NCBI GenBank assembly: GCA_946965045.2
Contig: OX337228.1
Span: forward strand, 4,402,001 to 4,466,000
Reading direction: 5' to 3'
Source: Epithemia pelagica
Taxonomy: Eukaryota; Protista; Bacillariophyta
Length of the DNA: 64,000 bases
Part shown: piece by piece, positions 9,754 to 18,020 of the stretch
Numbering within the stretch: the first letter of the stretch is position 1
How the letters are laid out: the number at the start of each line of letters is the position of its first letter
Position numbers and translations under genes: made by a program
The notes under the pieces: model-generated
The model's database searches: none
Seen by the model: only the letters and a program-made list of their open reading frames with translations
What the model was told of the DNA's origin: nothing

Positions 9754-11811
9754 ATGTTTCAGTATCGACAAACAGCAACACACTCCTTTGTGGAGCTTGT
9801 CCATATTCCTGATGTCTTCCATCTTACACCATTGTACATCGTATACTCTCAGTCGTCACATTTTATCGTACCTATTGTCTCAATGAGCTCCCAACAATAC
9901 CCAAGTAGTTGTCGCCCAACAATATCTTTGTCAAGCATATGCTCTCCTGTTGTTTCTCTCTCTCAAGCTCCACACTCATTTTTCAAATTCATTCGAGAAG
10001 AACTCCCAGACTTGTCAACCATGTCTTTTGATTTGAGAATGGAAGCAATACAAGACACCATTCTTGTTTGGCTCATTCGAGAAGATGCTTCAATTCGCTA
10101 CACTTCGTGCTCTCTTGATATTCTGACAAGCCATCCATGTCAGATCAAGCCATCTCTTTCTATGGACCAATCCATCTACCTTATCTCATTACTGGTTCAC
10201 CATGGTTTATATCCCTCGCAAGAAATTCCCACCAACTTCCTGTTGAGCAACCCCAAGTTCAAAATGAGCCGGCCTAAAGATGATTTCCCAGTATTGCACC
10301 TCCACTGCAGCTGTCAACCTATGTATGAAGTCGACACCGAAGACATTGGATACAAAGAAGCAATTGAATATGTATTATTGAATGGGCAAATTGATACTCA
10401 AGAAGACCTCAATGTTCAATCGATGGAAGACTATATTCTGGAGTGGATGATACATCGTGATGCACTCATTTCTGTTTCTACATCACACAACAGAACAATT
10501 CACCCAGTCTCTATCAATCCTCTCTTACAATGCATTGCTACATCAATGTTGTCCCAAATATCCAACAAGATTATATCCCAAGGAGATCCAACCATTCTGT
10601 CTACTCCAGTAACTACTCCTCCAGATTCGATTGAACCTGCTAATTCCTTCCCCATTGATGGACCATCTCCACCCACATCACCATCTCAATCGACAAAACC
10701 ATCTCCAGTCAATGCAAAACACAACTCATCATCACAAGAAATCGCTGTTGCAAAGCCAAAGCCTGACACTCCGACAAAGCGATCTTCTGTTGCCAAACAC
10801 AGCAACCCACCATATTCTCAGATTATGACTCGCAAACAATATGCCACCGCCGCCAACCTCCTCATTAAAGCATCCAGAGCAAGGCGACAAATCTGCTACA
10901 AAGATAGGAACAATATTCGACACATGCCTGGTCAACCTGTTCGTTTGAAACCCAATGATCTCTCCTTGTACAACAAAACAAAAAGTTGCCCCCCCACAAT
11001 ATCTGAACAGACTTTGAGAAAGAGGGTTGTTGACTTGCAGTATTTGAAAAAGCTTCATGAACATTTCCTTTCCAAAGGTCTGGAAGCTGCAAGAGACAGT
11101 TGGGAAGACTGGATTAACGACCATCTCTCACCAGAATCCGACCGAGCCTTCATGTGCTTGATTGTGATTCTTATGAGTTCCAACACAAGCGACAAACAAT
11201 TAGCTAAAGTGGTACCCACTTTGTTCCAATGTGGGTTTGTCTCTAGTCGGGCAACCAGTGACATTGCACTCAACTATGGGATGGACGCTGTATGTTCCCT
11301 ATTGGCAGAGACTGGTCTATATTATAAGAATGCTGAGGCTATCGTCAACGCAGCAGACTACTTCATCCAACGGCATTCTGGAATTATACCAGAAACCATT
11401 ACGGTGCAAGAACTAACGTGTCTGCATGGGGTTGGGTACAAGACTGCCACAATTGTCTTGGCATTTGCATTTCAAAGAATTGACGGAATTCCAACTGATG
11501 TGCATGTACATCGCTGCTCTCGAGCCCTGGGATGGATCCCCAAATCATGCAACGACCCAGACATGTGCTCGGCTTTGTTGGAGTCTTGGATTCCAAAGGA
11601 GTACTGGGAATGTGTCAACCCAATGTTTGGAGCGCTTGGGCAACTAATACAAGACCCAAAGACACGTCACCAATGTTCAGAAATCCAGATGGATTTCACA
11701 GTCCGTCGTCTTGACAAAGACCATAAGAAGCAACTCTTAGACAGCAAAGAGATCTACGACCTACACAACAATTTCCTTCATTTGTATCGGTCCTATTGCA
11801 GTTCCTCATGA
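9754..11811 (+). CDS. Transposon-borne Endonuclease III/NTH1-like HhH-GPD DNA glycosylase/AP lyase with a long N-terminal extension
   Basis: C-terminal part reads LIVILMSSNTSD...ETGLYYKNAEAIV...LHGVGYKTA (HhH, Lys563)...GIPTDVHVHR (Asp582)...LESWIPKEYWECVN...GQ. The ORF lies fully between the hAT TIRs. The true start may be a later ATG. Confidence 0.88.
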   Translation: MFQYRQTATHSFVELVHIPDVFHLTPLYIVYSQSSHFIVPIVSMSSQQYPSSCRPTISLSSICSPVVSLSQAPHSFFKFIREELPDLSTMSFDLRMEAIQDTILVWLIREDASIRYTSCSLDILTSHPCQIKPSLSMDQSIYLISLLVHHGLYPSQEIPTNFLLSNPKFKMSRPKDDFPVLHLHCSCQPMYEVDTEDIGYKEAIEYVLLNGQIDTQEDLNVQSMEDYILEWMIHRDALISVSTSHNRTIHPVSINPLLQCIATSMLSQISNKIISQGDPTILSTPVTTPPDSIEPANSFPIDGPSPPTSPSQSTKPSPVNAKHNSSSQEIAVAKPKPDTPTKRSSVAKHSNPPYSQIMTRKQYATAANLLIKASRARRQICYKDRNNIRHMPGQPVRLKPNDLSLYNKTKSCPPTISEQTLRKRVVDLQYLKKLHEHFLSKGLEAARDSWEDWINDHLSPESDRAFMCLIVILMSSNTSDKQLAKVVPTLFQCGFVSSRATSDIALNYGMDAVCSLLAETGLYYKNAEAIVNAADYFIQRHSGIIPETITVQELTCLHGVGYKTATIVLAFAFQRIDGIPTDVHVHRCSRALGWIPKSCNDPDMCSALLESWIPKEYWECVNPMFGALGQLIQDPKTRHQCSEIQMDFTVRRLDKDHKKQLLDSKEIYDLHNNFLHLYRSYCSSS

Positions 11812-11954
11812 GTCAATTTCTTATTAGTTACTATCTGTTTTTCCTTGTTTGTTCTTTTTCTTTTTGATTCTCGCATGTATCTTGTATGTAGTCGTTCTCG
11901 TATGTAGTCGTATGTAGTCTTTTTCGTTTTCTGTTCCATCATGTTCTGTATTCA

Positions 11955-14900
11955 TCAGTGGTCTTCATTACTGTTATTAGTGCGGCGTCGCGGACTTGTC
12001 CGTCGTTGTTGTTGTCGTTGTTCTTCTTGCTGCTCTCCGATGTGTTCTGCAGGAGGTGGTTTCTTTGCTCTCGACGATTTGGACTTGGACTTTGTTCGAG
12101 ATGCCGATTCTTGAATGGATTGTTGGCGCACTCTTTTGGAAGATGCACTCGTTTGAGTTGTTGCCTTCCTTTTTGATAAGGTGGTGGATCTTTGGGTTGT
12201 TGGTGTGGTACTGTGTGTAGGAGGAGTTGTCGTCGAAACGATTCCTGTCACACTTCCTTGAACACTTGCACTGGTACTGTTGCCTTGATCTGTCGTCGAT
12301 GTAGTGGGATTCATTGTTCGATTTGAAGATGCAGAAATACTAGAACCAGCCATCAAGTTCATTTGTTGTAGTTTGACCGCCTCAATGATGCAAGCATCAC
12401 TATCTGACTGAAATGGGTCCTTGTCTTTCCCAAGACGACCCATGCATTCCATTTGTTCCTTGTCCCCTTCGTCCACTATATCAATGAGCACTACGTCATC
12501 GAATTTTTGCACCAAATCCAGATTAGAATCACTGCATTTGTATTCGTATTCTGAACCAACAATCCCATCGTTCCCTTCGTCTTCATCAAGTTCAATTTGT
12601 TTCCGGGCCTTGTGGTGCTTCTGCATATCTTTTACACCCTTCAAAATGGTTTTCAGACGTTTCATATGACCTTGAGTGGTCCCTTCAGCAATGGAATCCA
12701 ATACCGAGACTTCCTCGGTTCCCTGCTCATGTTCCTCAACAGCTTCATTTTGTTCTTCATTATCTTCGACACTGCCGTAGTCAGTTCCATTGTTGTCTTC
12801 ATCGTCATCGTCATCAACCACGGAGATTACTTCCGCCTCTATTTCGGCCTGGGCCTCGTCTCTCTCTTGGCTTGAAGCTGTTCTTTGTTGGTTCTGCAGT
12901 TGCTCCTGTTGACTTATCTGGCGCTGTGTGTCATTACTCCTAGCTTGCTCCTCGGCCTTACCCCTGGTTTGCGCTTCGTCCTTGTTCTCTGTGGTGTGTT
13001 GAGATTTCTTTTTCAGGGTCATCTCATTGACCTCAATCTCTCCACGAACCTTTCTTGTTACCATCTCCATCGTGCGAATCTCAAAATGTTTCTTGAGCTC
13101 GTTCCTCATCAATCTATTGCTATCAAACCATGAGGAGAAAGAAAATATCCTCTCTTGGAAAGCGTTTGTAGAAGGCTTCGAGAGCCACACGAGGGCACTT
13201 GGGAAAATCATCCTGAAATTACTCTTGTTTGCCTGCCACCACTGTAAGACATCAAAATACTTGCCCACACTGTTGAAATCTTGATCATTACATGCCCGTC
13301 TGAACTTTTTCTTTTCTTGAGGCGTCCATTTTGGTGACTTTTCAGAAAAAAGAACGGTGGGATACTCCCTAATCAACGATTCCCAGGAACTGTGGATAAT
13401 GCGCTGACAGTAATCCTTGAACCCCTTGAATTCGTTGTTGCATTGTTCTCTAAAGCTCTTCTTCTGCTCGTCCAACGTGTTAAGATTGTTGTTTTCCACG
13501 CACGTGCTGTCTTCATTCTCTCCATGATTCCGAAAAATATTGAACACATCGTCATCATCCGAGTCGTCGTCTTCTATATCTACAACCTCCTCATTGGCTG
13601 TCCCGGCCATTGGGGATGGTCCATTCATTGCCAACCTTTCAGGAGTGGAAAACTTTGCTACCATGTCATCAACAAATTGTTTTTGGATTCTGGAGACGTC
13701 GTAGTCGTCGTAGATCTTGATTTTTTTCAGGATGTACGGTGCCATGTAGCAGAGAAACGGATGACCGCAGATAGCATTCTCTGCATGGACGTCGTCACCA
13801 TTCATCATGTAGGTGCGAAATTCACGTAGAAGCCGGTTAATAAGCATCCGTGAGGCGGGCAGTAAATCTGCAAACTTGATAGTTTTCCTTTTGGAACGGA
13901 GTTTCTCTATGGTTAACCTGGCATCCCAACGTTGGAACTCTGTGTCTAGTTCTGTGGGGTTCACAAGCAGAACAGAGACACCGTTGTCTTTGTGGTATTT
14001 AATTCCATGATGGCAACCAAAGATTTCCAGCAAAGAGCCTGCAGCAGAGGAAGGATCATCTGCTTGTAAGGACATGGCGCATTTCTTGAGTGGAGAAAGA
14101 ATTCCTTCGAATTCTGCTATGGCCTGCCAGTCCTCCTTGGACAGATAATTTTCGCGGAAGTCTTTGTCTACAGAAAACTCTTGTGAATTGTAGTCATCCA
14201 TGACGTACTTATCACGTAGGAGATCATGGAATGTGAGAGCGCATCCGAGAACCCTGGTTGTGTTCGGCATACGGATCTCCACTACAACTTGGTGATTTTT
14301 TGTTGCGTAGTCCCTCAATGCCTGGAATCTCTTCTTTCTCTTCGTCATCAGGATGGAAGCTAACTTCAAGGCTTTCTTGTATGTGTCCACAAATCCGGGA
14401 AACTGGTCGATTACCGTTCCCCCCCTTCGTCGTACAGCCAAGCCCGTGGCGTGCTTAAGAATTAATTCCGCACGATGCATATCGCACTTTCCTCCAGTCT
14501 GATTTCCCACAATGTACTTTCCGGCAAGGACTGCCGAATTTGTATTGTCGTTTACGGAAGAGGAGAGGTCAGACTGCGTAATTCCAACGGTTGTGAGGAT
14601 TTTTAGTGTGTGGGTCGCCACTTGGGCTGCTGTGTGGCCGTCTGTTTCGCAGAGACCTACGGGAATCTTGTAAAACACGCAATTCCTGGGGTCAATCAGC
14701 ATGAGGCACAATCCAAGGATGTCTTTTCGATGGCCTTGCCATATGTCATGACAAATTGTGGCGAAGGGAATTGTTTTGCCACAAATTAGCTTGTAGGCCA
14801 TCCGGACATTCAGGCATAGGGAGGAAACAGTTTGGAGAAAATTGTTGTAGGAATCAAGTCGCTTGCGTATGATGGCTTTGTTGCTCATGACACAATCTTT

Positions 14901-15887
14901 TGTCGACAGCTTCTGGGCGTTAAGAATAGCGAATTCCAGCATAGCTCGGAAGGACTTCTTTTCCACTGTTGAAGTGGGTAAGCCGTTGTCGTTGACAAAC
15001 TGGTAGATTGATTGTTGAAACTTGATTCTAGCCTCGTCCTTTGACATCATGGAACCCTTGTAGGATGTCATAAGTGGTTGGTTGCTTTCTACATTGGACT
15101 TCGGTCCAAATTTTTTTTTTCGTTCCATTTCTTCTTTCACATGCGGGTGGAAAGAATCCATATGTTGGCTAACATTCGAAGAGGAGCCACTTTTCTTCTG
15201 CTTGCTGACACCACAGAGGATGGTAGAGGCGAAAAAAGACTTCTCTGGGTCTTCAAAGCAAATCGGGCACACCACAAGACGCTTATATATCGATCCCCAT
15301 GACTTTTTGGGTGCTGTTTGGTCTTCTTTTGATGCTTGGTTGAGTACAGCAAAGCATCGAGAAATACCTTCCATTTTGCTAACTTCTTTGGTGTCAAGTC
15401 TTGCTTGTAATTCTGCGTACTGGGAAAAGTCCAAGTGTCTCACTGTTCCCCAGTAGGTATTCAGATTCTTGAAATGCTCTCTCGGTGGACTTTTGAGGAA
15501 GGGGACATAGTCTTTCTCTTTCTTGATTTCTTGATGAATTGCTTCGGTTCGTTGGGCTTGGGTAGGGTGTTGCCTATTCTGTTGATTGTTGTTCCCTTGG
15601 GGGGCTAAAGCAGCGGGTGGGTTCTCGTCTTGCTGTGCAGGTGGAGGGTCTGGGTTCTCTGCTTGTGTGGGATGAGCCGGGGGTGTCTCCTCTTGTTCTG
15701 CCATCGTCGGTTGTGTTGACATGATGGTAGATCCAGACAGGGTGGACAAGGATGCTGGGCTTTGAAGATGATTAAGACGCACAATCAAGCCAGACACCAT
15801 GTGTTGCAAGTTGCAAGCTGCAACAGACAATGAACTGTTGAAGGATTGGTGGATGGACGGTAGAGGTGAGAGGTAAGAGAGTGTCAC
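11955..15887 (-). CDS. hAT transposase
   Basis: BED-like finger CPIC...SSNVSQHMDSFH; DDE residues in TICHDIW, VNDNTNSA and QERIFS; CxxH motif KCDMH; C-terminal dimerisation motif DVLQWWQANK...PSTNAFQERIFS. Likely ATG at or near 15722. Confidence 0.92.
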   Translation of the reverse strand: MTLSYLSPLPSIHQSFNSSLSVAACNLQHMVSGLIVRLNHLQSPASLSTLSGSTIMSTQPTMAEQEETPPAHPTQAENPDPPPAQQDENPPAALAPQGNNNQQNRQHPTQAQRTEAIHQEIKKEKDYVPFLKSPPREHFKNLNTYWGTVRHLDFSQYAELQARLDTKEVSKMEGISRCFAVLNQASKEDQTAPKKSWGSIYKRLVVCPICFEDPEKSFFASTILCGVSKQKKSGSSSNVSQHMDSFHPHVKEEMERKKKFGPKSNVESNQPLMTSYKGSMMSKDEARIKFQQSIYQFVNDNGLPTSTVEKKSFRAMLEFAILNAQKLSTKDCVMSNKAIIRKRLDSYNNFLQTVSSLCLNVRMAYKLICGKTIPFATICHDIWQGHRKDILGLCLMLIDPRNCVFYKIPVGLCETDGHTAAQVATHTLKILTTVGITQSDLSSSVNDNTNSAVLAGKYIVGNQTGGKCDMHRAELILKHATGLAVRRRGGTVIDQFPGFVDTYKKALKLASILMTKRKKRFQALRDYATKNHQVVVEIRMPNTTRVLGCALTFHDLLRDKYVMDDYNSQEFSVDKDFRENYLSKEDWQAIAEFEGILSPLKKCAMSLQADDPSSAAGSLLEIFGCHHGIKYHKDNGVSVLLVNPTELDTEFQRWDARLTIEKLRSKRKTIKFADLLPASRMLINRLLREFRTYMMNGDDVHAENAICGHPFLCYMAPYILKKIKIYDDYDVSRIQKQFVDDMVAKFSTPERLAMNGPSPMAGTANEEVVDIEDDDSDDDDVFNIFRNHGENEDSTCVENNNLNTLDEQKKSFREQCNNEFKGFKDYCQRIIHSSWESLIREYPTVLFSEKSPKWTPQEKKKFRRACNDQDFNSVGKYFDVLQWWQANKSNFRMIFPSALVWLSKPSTNAFQERIFSFSSWFDSNRLMRNELKKHFEIRTMEMVTRKVRGEIEVNEMTLKKKSQHTTENKDEAQTRGKAEEQARSNDTQRQISQQEQLQNQQRTASSQERDEAQAEIEAEVISVVDDDDDEDNNGTDYGSVEDNEEQNEAVEEHEQGTEEVSVLDSIAEGTTQGHMKRLKTILKGVKDMQKHHKARKQIELDEDEGNDGIVGSEYEYKCSDSNLDLVQKFDDVVLIDIVDEGDKEQMECMGRLGKDKDPFQSDSDACIIEAVKLQQMNLMAGSSISASSNRTMNPTTSTTDQGNSTSASVQGSVTGIVSTTTPPTHSTTPTTQRSTTLSKRKATTQTSASSKRVRQQSIQESASRTKSKSKSSRAKKPPPAEHIGEQQEEQRQQQRRTSPRRRTNNSNEDH

Positions 15888-16029
15888 AAGTCACAAAGAT
15901 GAGGCGGTTGAAGGTAGGGTCACTGTGTGATATTGTATAGAAACGTAATTCACATGACACATTGGGGGGAGAATGGTAATTCCATCTGTGCGTAGGAGAA
16001 AATTGATTGGATTCTCAAATTCTTATAGT

Positions 16030-16260
16030 GAGTAAGAAGGAATTGGATTGGATTGGGAATTGATATCGTCTGATAAAGTGAATTGAATGGAATTGGGAAG
16101 TGTCTATTTTAGAGAATTGGGAATTGAATTAGGGAATTGACATTCCCAGTCTGAGATGATGAGACTTGAATCGGAATAGTGAATCCAGGAAAAAATCGGT
16201 ATTGAGTTGAGTGGATTGTGAAATTCAATGAAAGTAAAGGAGGAGGATTTCAATTGAATG
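16030..16260. repeat. Right subterminal repeat array (GAATTGG-type units, inverse of the left array)
   Basis: ggaattggattggattgggaattg, gaattgaatggaattggg and gagaattgggaattgaattagggaattg. Confidence 0.7.
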
Positions 16261-16317
16261 GCTTAATTCAAGCTAAATTTAAGTTACATTCCCCAAAGTC
16301 ATTAAAGTCCCACTTTT

Positions 16318-16333
16318 TGAATTCCAGACCCTG
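16318..16333 (-). repeat. Right terminal inverted repeat of the hAT element
   Basis: TGAATTCCAGACCCTG, followed directly by the TSD TTCCAAGT at 16334-16341. Confidence 0.93.
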
Positions 16334-16643
16334 TTCCAAGTTCCAAGTCACTTTGTACTCCTAGCTCGTAAAATTATCCAATTTCTACGAGTTTGTAACG
16401 ATAAAAACTTTCCGGAGGGAGTAGATAGCATAGGTATGCGAGGAGGTATTTCTTGGGAGCGTGCGACTCATATTGACGACCCCACCAACTACTATAGGCT
16501 ATTATGTACTGCAGTCAATTTTGTACAAGCCGTACGAGTACGGCATAGCCCTGCCATCACAATCACAACACATCCATATCCATCATCCATCACGCACACA
16601 TCCAAAACTACAATAGAAAAGAGGTGTCCCTATCTTACAGGAA

Positions 16644-17531
16644 ATGAGATTGCGTTGCGTTCAGTCTCAACCAACACCATGTGTTGTAAGAATTGCTTTC
16701 GTATGCATCATTATCGGAATCTGTTGTGATTGTGCTACTTCGTTTCAGGTGCCTGTCGAAAGAGTATCATATCACAAAGACAGCTTTTTGCAGCTGGCAA
16801 GACGTAGTGGAGAGGACGATTACTTCGACGAGGGGTACGAAGACGATGAATATTTTGAAGAATCGTATTCGCTTCCAAAGCGACGCCGTCGATACGATAA
16901 TCTTGGAGATTTTCAAGAGGATTCGGGGCTTGAATTGCCATCTGCATTCGGTCGTCGGAATGGTTGGCGTCTGCCAGAATCGGTTTCGAAAGCCTTGCTC
17001 GCCGGTGTTTTTGTACTCGGTGTTGGTCTGGGTGTTACCCTAGATTCTCAAGTGAACACAAATCCAAGAGATCTTGCGTCTCGTGACGCGATAGATGAAG
17101 CCGCTCCGAATCCTACTCTTTGCGCCAAACTTGGTGCATCCGCGATGGCTTTTGACCAGAGAGTATTTGTTTCTTTCAACCCGTTCAACGTTTACGTATC
17201 TCAAGCAGACGTAAAACCTGCCTGCGTTCTAAGAGAGTCCAACGTTGTCCCTGTACTGAAAGCCAAGGGACTGATCAACGACAACGAAGTTCGAGCGTGC
17301 AAGATGAACATGAACACATGGGCATTTGTCGGGGATCTGGATGACACTCCGCAGCTCAGCTGTGTGTACAAGAGTCAGGACGCCCAGAATGAGTTCCTGA
17401 GCAATCCAAAGTATGGAATAGGCGAGGATTATCTCGATGATGACCGCGACAAAATGGCGACAGGAAAGATCGTTAAAGGATCCATGACTGAAGCACAGAA
17501 ACAAGCAGCAGCGGCAAAACTTGGATATTGA
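16644..17531 (+). CDS. DUF3172-family protein, probably plastid-targeted
   Basis: Signal peptide ending ATS-F (ASAFAP-like). Core LAGVFVLGVGLG...PNPTLC...DQRVFVSFNPFNVYVSQ...PACVLR...CKMNMNTWAFVGDL matches my recollection of the cyanobacterial/plastid DUF3172 family. Confidence 0.75.
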   Translation: MRLRCVQSQPTPCVVRIAFVCIIIGICCDCATSFQVPVERVSYHKDSFLQLARRSGEDDYFDEGYEDDEYFEESYSLPKRRRRYDNLGDFQEDSGLELPSAFGRRNGWRLPESVSKALLAGVFVLGVGLGVTLDSQVNTNPRDLASRDAIDEAAPNPTLCAKLGASAMAFDQRVFVSFNPFNVYVSQADVKPACVLRESNVVPVLKAKGLINDNEVRACKMNMNTWAFVGDLDDTPQLSCVYKSQDAQNEFLSNPKYGIGEDYLDDDRDKMATGKIVKGSMTEAQKQAAAAKLGY

Positions 17532-18020
17532 TGCTAACCGTGGGCTATCCAATAGAGATTGGTTACTTGGGAGGGTCACGGAAGAAATTTCATCTTTGAC
17601 GAAGACGGCAGAAATTTCGAATCTGGGTTAAGAAGGGAACATTGCCTCCTATTTGTGCTGGTCTTCAGACAACATCATGGTTCGTACTGAATAGTGTCTG
17701 ATTGGTGGTATGGAAGATAGGGGAAATGGTTTTGCCATTCACCATCATCTATTGTCATTGTCGATGGCTCTAGGGAGAGGTCTACCTACTAGGAGTAGTA
17801 GGAGTGCGCTCCTACATGTACTACCAGCAATAGGAGTATAGTACTCTATCACCAATCACCATCCGTAGAAAGCAGATAACGAACCTCAGCGGGGAGCGTG
17901 GGTCTATTTCCGAGGTTGTCTTTTCCTGCTTACAAAGAATTACACCGTCTGTACACGATGTCGCTAGGGAGTGATTGGCATCATTTGGCGGAAGCGAGTC
18001 TTTGGGCGGTCTTTCCTACA

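Larger units (their letters stand above)
9260..16333 (-). mobile_element. hAT-superfamily DNA transposon (7,074 bp) carrying a transposase and an Endonuclease III-like cargo gene
   Basis: TIRs at 9260-9275 (CAGGGTCTGGAAGTCA) and 16318-16333 (reverse complement CAGGGTCTGGAATTCA) match at 15/16. 8-bp TSD, AT-rich subterminal arrays and an uninterrupted hAT transposase ORF. Confidence 0.95.

Noticed and set aside
9754-11811. Calling the cargo a DEMETER/ROS1 5mC glycosylase
   Set aside because: Motifs are closer to Nth/NTH1, and no DME-type split domain, Fe-S cluster or C-terminal RRM/CXXC region is visible. Demethylation remains only a hypothesis.
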